Shown here: in pieces, positions 1-13,110 of the stretch
Position numbering within the stretch: position 1 is the first letter of the stretch
How the letters are laid out: each line of letters begins with the position of its first letter
Source of the DNA: Anthoceros angustus
Taxonomy: Eukaryota > Plantae > Anthocerotophyta
DNA: 64,000 nucleotides
Direction: 5' to 3'
Assembly (NCBI GenBank): GCA_010909165.1
Contig: VJWM01000025.1
Location: 248,001 to 312,000 of the forward strand
Translations under genes and position numbers: made by a program
Notes under the pieces: generated by a model
What the model saw: the letters and a program-made list of their open reading frames with translations, nothing else
Databases searched by the model: none
What the model was told of the DNA's origin: nothing

Positions 1-855
1 AAGGAACGAATCGACAGAGTCACGGCGCATTATTGCCCAAACGACCGGCGCAATATGGCACGATTTCTGATTGAAGGCCATACCGATGCGGCGCCCGCTG
101 ATTCGCAAGAACGCCGAGGTAGATAAAAGGGCATAGGTCACGAAAACCGGATTGGCTTGATGTTTGTTCGATTGAGCACCATACACGGATCCCAAGGGGT
201 TCTTAAGTCACGGAAGCTTTGGTAAAGGGACGACGGTTTGCTCGGACAAGGACGCTCCCATTTTTCTTTTGACCGCTGCTTTGTTAGCCCAAGAATACGG
301 TTTGTCTTAACTGTGGTTGTGAGTGCAATTTCGTCTTGATTAGCATGGCACATGGCCCCTTGTCATGAGCGCTATGTCGCCACTCGTGAAATTGCAAATG
401 AAGCACTTACCTCACCGCCCGCTGGGGACTTCCGAGGTGACGCCGCTGGCCGCTGGAGGGCTCCACCAAAGCTGATAGAGGCTCGTGCTCGGCATCGGGC
501 TTGCCGAGCAAACCGAGCTCACCGCTGCATGCTCGCCGAGGGCCGCCTTCAACCATGGCCCGCGCCACGCCGTGGGCCGCCCTCCACGCCGCCACCGCCT
601 CCGCCTCCTGGCTGGTGCCAGTTGCCCGGAGTAGGAGCGCTTGCCCGCCACCGCCCACACAGACGGGCTTTCTCGTCTCCATGGCGGTGCAGAAGGCCTC
701 CTCCCACCGCCATGCCTTCTATTGCGACCTCCTCCGTCCCGGCCGACATGGAAGGCTCAGTCCACTCACCCACCCGCCGCCGCCCCATGTCGCAAAACAC
801 CTCCGTCATGAGCTCCACTTCAAACCCGCACTTGAGTTGCCGGCTGAAGCGCCCC
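1..855. repeat. Copy of an unclassified dispersed repeat (also at ~3993-4195 and ~20345-21495)
   Basis: Shared blocks such as GTAGATAAAAGGGCATAGGTCACG, TTTGTTCGATTGAGCA, GATTAGCATGGCACATGGCCC and CATGAGCTCCACTTCAAAC recur at 20.6-21.5 kb; the first two also recur at 4.0-4.2 kb. Confidence 0.8.
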
Positions 856-2791
856 ATCTCACAATCACCATACCCAAGAAAATACATTTTGGACTTAGCC
901 AACTTGTCCCGAACTTTTGAACATGGCAAGATGCCTCACCCAAACACTCGCAAATGCTTGTAGGATGGTTGCTTTCCGCATCATAGCTCCTCCGAACTCG
1001 CTCATCAAATTTTATTAGAGATCCGTTAATAAGACTGCAGAGAATCGCTCGCCCAAAACCCATTAGGCAATCCAGTTTGACAACAACCACGCATCCTCTC
1101 CTCGAATGGTTCTGCTCATCCGCCACCCACACCATTTTGTGGAGGATATACGGCAATAATTTCTTTTGATTCCTTGGAATCACGTAATGACTGAAAGCTA
1201 AACATACTCGCCACCATTATCTCGCTTAGACACTTCAATCGGCTGACCGATTCTCTACAAGGGTGACAAATTTCAAACACCGTAACTTCATCCTTTTCCT
1301 CAAAGGATAAACCCACACCTTGCGTGAGAAATCATCTATGAAAGTGACAAAATAGGCACCGCCTAATGATGCGATGAGCATAGGTCCACATACATCGCGT
1401 GGAACCAACTCAAGAGGTTTACTTCTTTTACCTCGTGTTCGATGTGATGATTTTTATACATTTCCCATATAAGCAGTGCTCACACATCGAGAGATCGAGT
1501 TAAACGAGGATATAACGAGCGAGATAAAACCTTCATTCCTTCCCGAGACATATGTCCTAACTGCAATGCCACAAGGAAACATTTGGCTGCTTTCACCAGA
1601 TCACATGATCTTTGGCGGTGTTTACAGAAGTAGTACAAAGTGCCACTTGATCCACGATCCAAGAGAACCTTTGGAGATCTTCCAAGAGTGATCCCCAAAA
1701 CCGGTGGTAACATCATCAAATCTGCGCTAATCATGCTCTTTGTCAACTTGAACATGCTACGTCCTTGACATGAATGAAGATCCGTTGTCAAACTTGAGTT
1801 GCACATCACCTCGCTGCGATCGGCATGCATAGTTATTTCCAAGCCTAACGCATCCTTTCCTTGTAGCATCATCGTGCTAAACCACTCTCTATGCGGAGTA
1901 ACATGGAAAGATGCACGAGTCAATTATCCAATTGCGGAATAAATGACTATCCACGGTATTAATTGTGCGGTTCAAGTAAGAAGAGATAAGGACATCTCCG
2001 TCCTCAGCGAGTTTAACTCTTCCAACTGACAGAAATCGCCTTCTTGTCGTCTGCTTCTTCTCTTTTCCTTGGTCCTTTTGAACTTCTACTCTCTTTTGAA
2101 GTGACCCCTTTTGTGACAATAGTGACACTCCACATTCTTATTACGACTACGAGATTTGCTACGAGAAGCTTGTCGGTTGCTTCCCCTTGCGTGGACCTCC
2201 CTCTCACTATGAGCCTTTGGAACCTTTGGAAGGTTCCATGTTTTCTGTTCACCTCCTCGTTAACTACCTTCTACATTTACAATGGTAAGACCACTAGCGA
2301 GGCGGAATTACTCGAGGCGAAGTGTCCCAACTCTGCAGTAATGTGACCAGCGAAACATAGCTCTCACGGAATCAGGAGCGTGATACCTTGAGATGAGGCT
2401 GGCTGAAAATGGTATTGAAATCATTCGGATGATCGGACATCCTCGTCCCTTCCTTCATCTTCAAGTCCACCATTTGTTTCAACCAATACACACGAAGCCG
2501 CACTTTGCTTCTCATACAGTCCTACACACGCCACGATCCGTAACTCGTGGTCTTATCTTTCACATTGAAGTACCTTGTTTTTGACAATGTTAGCATGATA
2601 GTAGATCTAGCAAGCTCATCCCGGTCCGCCACTCATCACGAGTCATACTATACGGTTTGGCCTAACAACTTTATGGGCTTGATCGCTTTTTACGCACTAG
2701 AACATTATACACTTGTTCTTTCGAGCGGGAAGTTAGTACCATCTAACTTACCGATATTGAACATGAGCGTTTTCGGCGATGAAGACATCAT
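855..2791 (-). pseudogene. Ty1/copia gag-protease-integrase, frameshifted and truncated before RT
   Basis: Minus-strand motifs in copia order: gag start MMSSSPKTLMFNIGKLDGTNF; UBN2-like DELARSTIMLTLS...LKMKEGTRMSDH; protease WIIDS/ASFHVTPHREWFST; GAG-pre LGHMSREGMKVL; integrase PLELV.DVCGP...YFVTFIDDFSRKVWVY and PQNGV; SH3-like KLAKSKMYFLGYG. Similarity ends near 855, where the dispersed repeat takes over. Confidence 0.85.
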
Positions 2792-2959
2792 GACTCAAAA
2801 TCGTCTGATTAAACACTCAACTCGCCTTGTTAGAAAAGTCAAAGAAAGCGATCCGTCACGGTCCGTGTATTTTCGTTGTGTTCACGAGTAATCCGCCGAA
2901 TCGTTCGAATTTTACGCTCACCGCGTTTGGCACCCTCAATTCTGTCTGCCGCGCGTCAC

Positions 2960-3660
2960 TGCCCGCGTCGCGCGCTGTCGACCGCCCAGCGCCCGCACAC
3001 CGCCGGCGCCGCCGGCCACGGCCAAGCCCACGCAGCCCGGCCCACGCCCGCACAGCCGCGCGCGGCAGCGCACCGCCGGCGGGCGCGCTGCAGCTGCGTG
3101 CGGCCCGGCGCGCGCGGCGCCCGCCCGCTGCGGCTTGCGCCGCGCCCGCGGCCCCTGCACCCGCGCCCTGGCCGCCCGCGCCCGGCCGCGCCCCCCGCGC
3201 GCCCGCGCGCCCGCTCGCCCGCGGCAGCGCCGCGCCCGCGGCCGCGGCCCCAGCGCCCGCGGGCCCGCCCGGCCCCGCGCCTCGCCCAGCGCGCCCGCGC
3301 CTCGCCGCGGCCCCGCGCCCGCGCCCAGCCGCCGCGCCCGGCTGCCGCTGCGGCGCGCGCTCGCCCAGGCTGGCGCGCGTCCGCCGCGCGGCGCGCTGCG
3401 CCCAGCCGCGCTCCCGCGCCCGCGGCGCCCGCGCCCGCGCCAGCTCGCGCGCCCTGGCCCGGCGCCCGGCGCCGGCCTCCGCCCCGCCGCCCGCGGCCGC
3501 GCCGCGCGATCGCCGCGCCCGCGGCCGCGCCCGCTCCGCCCGGCCTCCCGCCGTGCCGCGCCCAGCGCGTCGCCACGGCCTCCACCGTGCCGCGCGGCCT
3601 GCGGTCGCTCGCGCACGGCCTCGCCGCTCACGGCCTGCGCGGCGTTCGCGGCCTTGACGC
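2960..3660. other. Extremely GC-rich low-complexity tract in the copia 5' leader
   Basis: The central lines carry only about 2-6 A/T per 60 nt; the tract lies between the PBS (3735) and the gag ATG (2791). Confidence 0.85.
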
Positions 3661-3734
3661 GATCTGGATCACGCAATTCCACGGTGCGCTGCGCCTGCAG
3701 CTAGAAAATTCTAGCATCACAACACACAAACCAT

Positions 3735-3746
3735 GGCTCGATACCG
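3735..3746 (-). promoter_or_regulatory. Primer binding site, tRNA-iMet type, degenerate
   Basis: Plus-strand GGCTCGATACC resembles GCTCTGATACCA, the reverse complement of the canonical TGGTATCAGAGC, and abuts the LTR end. Confidence 0.7.
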
Positions 3747-3748
3747 GT

Positions 3749-3992
3749 TGAAGGATCGTGGCAGCCATGCTGGTGGAAGGAGGAGAGGAGGAGGAGGCAA
3801 GAGTAGCTCTCTCATTGAGATGAGGCTTGGAGGTATTTATACCCTCAATAGCTCCTAGGAAGCTCCACAAGAAGCTCCTAGGAAGGAGCACAAGAAGCTT
3901 CCTAGTGATTAGCTTAAGCTAAACTAATGATATCGACACCTAACTTAGACTAAGTGTATTAGTCTAAGTATATTGAACTTTAATACCTTACA
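3749..3992 (-). mobile_element. 5' LTR of the copia element (~244 bp)
   Basis: Minus strand begins TGTAAGG and ends CCTTCA (TG..CA, imperfect terminal inverted repeat); TATAAATA on the minus strand at 3834-3841; followed by the PBS. Confidence 0.75.
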
Positions 3993-4195
3993 GTTAGCGT
4001 CACGGCCGCGCCGGCGCCCGCGATTCAACAAGAACGGTGCGTAGGTAGATAAAAAGGGGCATAGGTCACGCGTGGCGGATTCGATGTTTGTTCGATTGAG
4101 CAGCCATACGGATCCCAAGGGGTTCTTCCTCCGGAAGCTTTGGTAAAGGGGCGGTGTGGTTGTGCACACAGGCGTCTCCCATTTTGCATCAATGA
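3993..4195. repeat. Partial copy of the dispersed repeat
   Basis: Matches 80-265 and 20685-20885. Confidence 0.75.
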
Positions 4196-6341
4196 TCCCT
4201 TTACAAAGCTCGGCTGGCGATTGTCTTGGCGTGAAAGAGCGGCGAGCATCCAGTGACGGAGGCAAACGGAAGAACCGTGACCCACTCGAGATAAGTCAAT
4301 GGTGGAGATTGCTGAGAATGCTATAGATTATTCTATCATCTTTATTTTTATGCGTCGGTCCATTCTTCACCTAGCGCCCGACTAGAACCAACTGCGTGCA
4401 CAGCAGATTGTGGGACGAAGTGATTGACAAGTCGGTGGCTAGTTTCTGAGGCAGCCAGACCAACAACGAGGCAAAGGAGGCATCGCGATGGTGAACAACG
4501 AGCAGGAATCACCGTTAATGGTTTCGCACCAGAATGCGTGTTAGTTGACACGGATCCGGTGTTTCGGGGAACGCAGTGCGGTGCGCTTGTATGGAAGTAA
4601 GCTAAAGCCATGCGAGTGCGCATCACCACCTCCAGGACTAAGGAGCAGTGTGATGGGCATAACCGCGATCCAATACGATTGAGCTCAAACCCAGATCAAG
4701 ATTCCATCACATCGGCACGATGCTTGGTGTCCGATGCCGTAAACTACGATGTGTTGCTCGCTGATGCCACTCATGGTCCGGCGATGGGGTGGACCCATTA
4801 CACGAGCGCTTAGCCGCATGGCAAGAGGGAGATTTTACGATGGGGATACCGCATCGCGCCGACGTGATGAGCCGGGGCTATGGCATTTCAGCATGGCGTA
4901 AATCACAAGACCAAGCGAGATATGGGAAGAAACCCAAGAACCGATGAGGGAAGAAGTGCCGACGGCAAGTAAGGGGATGTATGTATATCAAGACATTCTA
5001 CGCCGCTTATGGCAAGAGAGCATGTTCGAAAGGACAATCCAAGGCATGGCAGATGTGATACCCGAGGGTCACGCGCAAAGCACACATCAATAAGGCGGAG
5101 CCGCGATCAACAATGAAGTAGTACGAGGGCAAGCGACGCGGGATCCACCTGGAGCTATGCGCCAAGATCGCCACGGGCCGTGTTGAAAAGTGGCTATAAA
5201 GAACACACGGCCGAGTCGGATGAGAAGACACGCTGGCCAAAGCAAGAATTGTCGTTGCAAAGGAAGTATCCTCAATTGCCGAGCATCAAGCAATCAAGGG
5301 TTGTCAGATTGCCCCGACATCATGTTGGTGGGGAAACGCCTAGAGGCACCGTGTGTCCTGTGGACATGCTAATCGCAGGATGGGAGTGACTTTTTCCGGG
5401 GCGCGGTTATGGCAACGCGTAGAGAGATGGCCGAGGTGATCCGAATCTAAGGGAAGTGCGCTATGCAATCCAAGCCGGCTGGTACATTTTGAGAATGTAT
5501 GTGGGGCATTTGATAAACGTGAGAACATCCTGAGGGACTATGAGCCAGCGATGGTTGGGCGAAGAGTTCATCATCGATCGTGACCGGGTCATATGCTCAC
5601 CGACGGAGCTTTTGGACAAACATGGTTGAAGTGGAAATTCTCAGCAAAGATTGGCATTGACGATTCCGTGGAAAAGTATGTGGATGAAATTGAGGAAGGG
5701 CGACGCTGCAACGACGCAGAAAGGATAGACCGCCACACTTCTCAACAACGTAGGTGCCGCTAAGGGCCCGCCACACCGTAAGGACCGCATAATCATATGC
5801 TTCAAGGGAGGGATGGCATGGTGCCGATGAACGGAATGAAATCGGGAACCCACCATAAGGGAACGAACGGGCCATGGGATGCAAAGGTACCTTCACGCAC
5901 GGTATTCAAGCATATCGATGCAAACTGCGTGCTTTTGACCTTAATCGCCATAATGGTTGTTAGTCGGGTATGGCCACCCAAGTGACCGGGATAATAGCTT
6001 TTGCCGTGTGTCAAGGCGACGGTGAAGAACCAAGGGCACCGCAATGAGCCGCAACAATGTAAACGCCACCTGGGACAAAAATGATCTAAGGAAACACATG
6101 AGTGGCATTTGTGAAGAACTGGAGGACGATAAAAAGATTCGGGGTATGCCGCAACACAACCGGTAAGCTTAACCGGGCCGAGTGGGTGACAAAGTAAAAT
6201 TCAAGATCACCACCACCACTCAAGAGCCCATATTTCATTTAAGGCATAAGTTGAGTCCCATGGAGTGAGATTGTGACAAGCGATGCAAGGAGTTGGCAGG
6301 CGGTGGCTAATTAGGAAGTCAACCTCTCAATACCGCTACAC

Positions 6342-6990
6342 TTGTTGCCGCTGAAGAAGGATGAGCATGGTGAATGGAAGGACAGCGAATGTCACGGGGA
6401 TTATCGCGCGTTGAGCGAAGTCACGCCTATGGAGTACCCATGCCTCGATGAAATTTTTGATGCCATAGGGCAAGCCAAGTATTTCACTACATGGACTTTC
6501 GATCTGGGTTTAACCAGATTGTCATTGAAGAGGGAGACAAGTGTAAGACAGCGTTTTGGGGCAAGGATCAACTTTGGGAATGGGAAATGATGCCGTTCGG
6601 CTTGAAGAACGCGTCTATATACTTTCAGCGGGTGGCTGACTTAGAGCTACAAGGGTTGCCCTTTGTAAGGTGCTACATAGACGATATTCTGGTGTTTAGT
6701 AACACATTGGGGAACATCTTGAACACGAAGTCCCTGCAGATTGGCCAAGTCGGGTTTGAAAGCACATCCCAAAAGTGCAAGTTTGCCTACAAAGAGATAG
6801 AGTATTTGGGACATAAGATTGTCCTGTGGGTGCCGCCCGTTGGCCAAGGTGTGTGCAGAACCTTATGCCTGTAGCCAAAGATGTTGCCACCTTGAGGGCC
6901 TTCGGGCTTGTCAACTACTATCGCTGCTTCATCAAACATGAGTGGAACACCTTGTATGACTTGCTCAAGGTGCTTGCCCACCGCGCGGGG
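6342..6990 (+). pseudogene. Ty3/gypsy reverse transcriptase, frameshifted
   Basis: GDYRAL...YPCLDEIFDAIGQAKYFTT; DFRSGFNQI...KTAFW...MPFGLKNA...CYIDDILVFS...KCKFAYKEIEYLGH; thumb MPVAKDVATLRAF-GLVNYYRCFI. Confidence 0.92.
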
Positions 6991-7147
6991 GTCATGCGCA
7001 GAATAAAGTCGCGGCCTCGCCTGGGGCCTCGACGCCAGCTTGGTTTTTTTCGGGCCAAAAGGGTAAAACGAAGAGAGAGAATTTTTCAATTGGTAAAATT
7101 TTTTACTGAATAAGGTGGAAATTGTAACAATAGAGTAGAAAGCATAG

Positions 7148-7315
7148 ATCGATGGATGGAAACATTTTACCATCCAAGTCAAAACTAGAACAGGAGGGTA
7201 AAGAATGGATCAACCAAGTGAATATAGAGTAAAACGAGATCGATGAATGGAAACATTTTACCATCCAAATCAAAACTAGAACAAGAGGTAAAGAATGATC
7301 ACCAAGTGAATAGCA
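7148..7315. repeat. Two-copy tandem duplication of ~90 bp
   Basis: GATCGATG(G/A)ATGGAAACATTTTACCATCCAA(G/A)TCAAAACTAGAACA...CCAAGTGAATAG occurs twice. Confidence 0.8.
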
Positions 7316-8312
7316 AGTGCAGCTGAAATACCATGGTAGATTGTAATCTGTGGAGGCCTAGTAATTCCAACACAATCGCTAACTGGCAAGAAACATCTTC
7401 ATATACCATTCACGGATCCGTGATATACAAAAACCAACAAAGAAATATCATCTTTGCAAAGTTTCGTATATCCGTAATTGCATGAATTCAAAATAACAGA
7501 AAATAGAGAAAATACCAGAATAGTTGATCCTCCTTATTCAAATTACAAATCTACATATACAAAGTAAAATTAGGCTTGTAACCAATTAGATGATTCGGAA
7601 TGACGCAAAGAAAAAGTTCATTAGAAAAGATTCCCACCTTATTTTGGAAAATTGATGTACAATTGTAGAGATTGAAGACATAGTTTCCAAGACCACTTGG
7701 TTTAACCGGGCAACTTGTCCAACATTATCATAGTTTGCCGGTTGATGAACTGGGGCTTTGGAGAAATTCTTCATCTTCACGAAAGTTGAGAACCTAATCA
7801 AACATTACCGTCTTAGTCTACTAAAGTAAAATTAGCGATCAAAATCAAGGGAACAATTAAATCAACTTACAGCTTCATATGGTTTTCCATGGATGGAAGT
7901 GGAGGCACCTGGAGTGACTGTAACATTGTCAATAGTTTGCTTCTGCTGCCTTTCCCACTGCAATCTTCGCATTTCCTGTTGCTCCTTCTGCTGCTGTTTG
8001 AGTTTTTCCTGTTGTTTGAAATACTCTTGCCTCCTTTCGACATTTTTTCTCCTTTGGATCTCCAAAGCTTTGCGAAACTCGTCGACCTTGCGCCTCATTG
8101 CTCAATCAATGATTCTAAACTGCTTTGCCGTTGAAATTCCCTTTTTCGATTCTCCATCATTCTCCCTTTCTCGGGTAATCTCAAGACGCGCTCAAACCCG
8201 CTTGAACCACCCTTCTCAACCCCATGCCGCTCTACCATATCCAAAGCTATAGGCGGTGTCCACAATCCTTCCTGTTGCACTTCCAGCTCAAGTCTCACCA
8301 CAATGACTTGGC

Positions 8313-9340
8313 ACACAGGCCTCCAAGAGGAGGCATCACCTCCACCACACCTGTGGCACCATCAATGTTGAAATGAGGAACCAAATGCTCGTCAAACTAG
8401 TGGTGGGGCTAATACTCGCCAAAGAAACATAGAATCGACAAACACAATAAGAGAATGAAGGATGAAACTTAAACCACCTTTACACTTAACCTTTTCAACA
8501 TGTCGATGTTGAATACACCCGAGTTGGTCTCATTGTCAATCAAGATCTTTAACACTACGGCACTTGACTTCCAAAGCTTCACAATGCTGGAACCGCAAAC
8601 AACAACAAACATTGTATGAAATATTGGGTGCAAACCAGCAAGGAGAACCAAAATACAACAGAAGATACTAACCGGTCCAGGTCGATAAAAGGGGCCCCGC
8701 TTTCATGGTGGATAGCAAGGGTGGTAGCAAACACCGCAACAAAAGCAACAAAAAGAGTCAAATACCAATCAGAAAGAAGAAAAGAAACAAACCTGACACC
8801 AAACGACTCATAAAATGCTTACACAGGCCTCCAACCGAGGAGGCATCACCTCCACCACACTTAGGGCACCATCAATGTTGAACGAGGACCAATGCTCACA
8901 AACTAGTGGTGACAAAGATCTTTAGTGGTGGGGCTAATACTCTGCCAGAAACATAGAATCGACAAACACAATAAGAGAATGAAGGATAAAACTTAAACCA
9001 CCTTTACACTTAACCTTTTCAACATGTCGATGTTGAATACACCGAGTTGGTCTGTCAATCAAGATCTTTAACACTACTTCCACTTGGATGCTTCCAAAGC
9101 TTCACAATGGAACCGCAAACAACAACAAACATTGCATGAAATATTGGGTGCAAACCAGCAAGGAGGACGAAAATACAACAGAAGATACTAACCGGTCCAG
9201 GTCGACAAAGGGGCCTGCTTTCATGGTGGATAGCAGGGTGGTAACAATGGCAACACGCAACAAAAAGCAACAAAAAGAATCAAATACCAAAGAAAAAGAT
9301 TAAAAGAAACAAACCTTGAAACCAAAACGACTCATGGAAT
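8313..9340. repeat. Two-copy tandem duplication of ~510 bp
   Basis: CACAGGCCTCCAA..GAGGAGGCATCACCTCCACCACAC starts at ~8313 and ~8822; the internal blocks are collinear. Confidence 0.85.
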
Positions 9341-9399
9341 GCTTACGCTCTGAACTTGTAGGCAACATTGAGCACAAGCCTATGCACAACAAATTCTTA

Positions 9400-11600
9400 A
9401 CATCAGCATCCTTTACAAGTAGAATCATAATCTTCTCGTGCGAAAATCACTCCCTTCATGGTAGAAAATACTTACATCTTCAGCGATCGAAAAACTATAT
9501 CCGAGTCCCATTGACAACAACCGACGGAAGCACACCGCAAGTCATCCGCATCCGATCGAGTTCTTCATTGAGCAACTCATTGTATGATCTTCTTTCACTG
9601 TGAACTAGAACCTGGCCGCACTGCTTTGCTTGCCCTATACCGCAAAGTCCACTCTGAGAACACATCATGTCAATAGAAGGCATAAACAAGTTCGACGGCA
9701 TCAACAAATAGATCCTACCTTGAAAATCCAGCATCGGTTTGTGGCTGACGCTTACAAGATCGAGGGCACGAGCCATGGTCACCGCGTAATCATCGTTACA
9801 CGCTCTTGTTCGTAATACCCATCAAGACCATGCCATTGTCTTCATATATTTTGAGAGCATTCCTTTGGATACCCGGAGTTTTGCATACCAAGCCTACTCA
9901 CAGAGAAAATTAAAGTTAGCACGTCCAATGGAACACAAACCTAGAACCCTTATCAAAAGATACTTACATTCGATCTTGGATTATCGATGGGAGAATTGAA
10001 AAGAAACCCTTGGATAGATATATTCTTGTCATTGCATCCACTTTGGACAATGGTCAATGACGGCTTTAAATGTTTGAATAACATCCACCTCATAGTTTTC
10101 ACTTTTGGCAAGTGCTCACTCCGGTAGTTGCGCATATCAACTTTGTAATTCTTGAATGTCGCTCCTCGATCTGCGAGGCAACACAAGGAGGGTATTACAA
10201 CACAAACAAGGTATCATACACAGAGTATTACCACACAACAAAGCATCAATCAAAACATGGACAAACGTCGCATAAAACGCCTTAATCCAAGAGAATGAGA
10301 AGTCCTGACAGTTGTGCAATTCCTCCCGCCACGTACTCAAACGATTCATGCAAAATATGCACACCTATTGAAAACACCGAATCGTTAGAAGCAAACAACG
10401 ACAGTATTGCAAAATGCACACAAGAAGCTAGGAATCGAACACAAACCTTTTGGGCGCCGCCCAAAAGAACATTGATGGTCACCGTGGGCAAGAATTGCCT
10501 CTCATCATCATCGATATCGGTTTCACCACCTTCGACGATACTATACCAAGGTCTTTCTCGATTTTCATGGAAGCAACAAGTGCGGCGACAACCATTGAAC
10601 ACGCCGTGAAACATATTGATCAGCACATCGACCAAGACGGCTTTGCTCCGAACACACTTCCTTATCAAAATGCGATTGAACCCTCGAAGAAGGACATCAA
10701 CTGCACCAATATACGAAATCAGACATGAAAAGAAACACACGGAACAAGAAAGGGATGAAGACTTACGTTTGGGAGAGAATCTTGAGTTGTCTTTTAAGTT
10801 CGAACTTGGTGGAAAAGTATCAATATAAGGTTCAAGTCCTTGTGAGGAATGTCCTCTATTGCACTATCCCAACCCCTCACACCACTCACTTTCATGAAAG
10901 ACTTAAGACGACGACCAATTATTTTGGCGTTTGGACTTGTCCTCACCACCACTCATTGCATCATTCACGGCTCCCTCAGAATCGAGGGTCAAACCCTTGG
11001 TCCCTAAAATGGGCCTCATCTTCAATTTCTTCCATGCCCATAGCAAAATCATCCTCGGGATCAGACCTCATTCTCTCAAACATATCAATACACTCGTCGT
11101 GGATAACTTCGGGGAGCGACATGGAATGGAAAACTCACGGTGAAAGGAATTGAGACTTATCTTGCAGGAGCAGCCAGCCCATTTCGAGATCAGTAGGCGC
11201 AGCCAAGGACCATGGAATCGAGTAATCGGATGGACATTCTCACCAACAAACTTAACCCTCTCTCGAAGCAGATAGTTAGTAATCTCGACAAGGGACCCTC
11301 CACCAAGGGCACAGTCGGGTGTCAACCCTTCTTCTCAGAGCAAAGACGCGGGCATCCTCCTTGGATGAAAAGTGCCTTGGCGGTTTGGGAATGGACTTTT
11401 CGCACCAAATATGTCCTCACTATGCACAAGGACATCAACTTTACCATCATCCTGCAGAGGGTGGGTTGCAGAACGATGGCTGTTTTAACACTGTCGAGTG
11501 TACGGCTTGGACATGACTTGCAAAGGTGCTGCTTCTTGCCGTCCAGGCCCGTGAGGTTTTCTTTTAGAGCCATCGCAAGGAGAAGTCATCGAACAACGTT
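9400..11600 (-). pseudogene. Degenerate intron-containing gene, possibly a CACTA/Mirage/Chapaev-like transposase
   Basis: Minus-strand GT..AG introns (e.g. ~10770-10700); fragments ETDIDDDERQF, CIFCMNRLSTWREELHN and PSIDMM...ELDRMR loosely recall CMC transposase blocks. No long ORF; weak call. Confidence 0.3.
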
Positions 11601-11779
11601 GAGATGTACAAACAACATAAGATAACAAACGAAAAGAAAGAACTCACATGCCTTGAACCCCGATGAGAACTCTGGAAGGTCTAAAAGTTGATTATCGAGT
11701 CTAGACAAGAGAGGATATGGGGCCCCAAAACACAACTTGGGGCTAGACATTGTTAGAGTTGTTATTCCTTCCACTTTCT

Positions 11780-13110
11780 ATTAAGGATGACACATAGAAC
11801 CTCTAAAATACACCACATATGGGAAAAATAAAGTGAAAACCCTTTTTTCAAGTACAACAAGAGTTAGACGTACAAACAACCATAGATGTACAACATATAC
11901 ATCAGACCACACAAGTAAAACAATCAACTGCTCATTGGACAACACAGACTCATCCATGCCACACAACAACACATATTTCTAGATTAGAATCAGGAAAACA
12001 TCCAAAGATGTTGGGAGGCAAACCCTCCGAGACGTTGCACACTTCAATACCTGCACATAAACACCGGTCTATGAGATTAAGCTCCAAGACATGCACACAA
12101 TACACCATGCCCAATCCAGATTCACTTTTCAATAGACACAAGCTGATAAGCGATTACCAAATCTACAAAGCGGGTCTTCAACGACGACAGAGCGAAATAA
12201 AAAGCTTATCGACACACCGCAAAAGTCAACTTATAACGACACAAAGAGAGCAAAAAAATGACCTAAAATCAAAATGTAAAACACACGCTAACAAACAGTA
12301 ACGCAACACACAAAGACATAAACAGAGATATCCAGTAGCCTAATAAATACATACCAAGACAACAAGGTGCAAAAGGAAAACCAAGAAACACATAACAACA
12401 TGGAACCAACAAAAACAAAGCGTATGCAGAGAAACAATGAGAGAAACACCAAAGAATCCAAAGCAAAACTGGGATAAAAGGAAAACCGAGGTCATTGTCT
12501 TCATCAACCCCATCCTGCATTACTTCCCATCGCCTCAGAGAACGAACAACCGGGGGATAGGACACAAATCGCGCACGAGAGCAGGGAGACATCTTCTAGC
12601 AAGAGAACGACAAACACACGAGAGACAACCATCCCCAAAACACATGTATACAAACCAACGAGCGCAAAATAAGCCAATACTGCCTACGTAACAGTAAAAG
12701 CAACACATACTAAAGAGGAAACCATGAACTAGAAGCGAAATGGAACAGACGAAAGGAGCGAACACAAACCTAGCGTTAGAAAACACCGTTTGGTATTCAA
12801 GCAATCAAAGAGGCCTTAAGAAGTTTGACCTGACAAGAAAGAGAAGGAAACCACAAAGAAGGTAAAACAACAAAAGAGACCTTGCCTTCAACAAAAAGTA
12901 AAACTTTGACAAAAACAAGACACAAATCAAAGTTAGCGAAAACGAAAACAACGACGAGGAAGCTAAACGAAAACAAAAAAACGAGACAACGGCTTAGCCG
13001 CGGTGAAAAAAACAAACCACGAACAGGAGCAAACACAACGCTGAAAGAATCAAAAAGCACCAGCAAAATATGAAAGAAAGCGAGCGAAATAACCAAAGCA
13101 AAGCGCGCCG
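11780..13110. other. Strand-biased A/C-rich low-complexity tract (T/G-rich on minus)
   Basis: Long runs of AAAC/ACA/AAGA words with no coherent ORF; upstream lies a minus-strand TATA-like CCTATATAAG at ~13190-13200. Confidence 0.6.

Noticed and set aside
270-370. Superficial resemblance to an rRNA 5' end
   Set aside because: No conserved rRNA helices or motifs; belongs to the dispersed repeat.
2827-3751. Long Arg/Ala/Pro ORFs in several frames
   Set aside because: Expected from stop-free ~90% GC sequence; no domain signal.
6975-7060. TIR pairing with ~16830-16860
   Set aside because: Only a short GCGGGGG match; not convincing.
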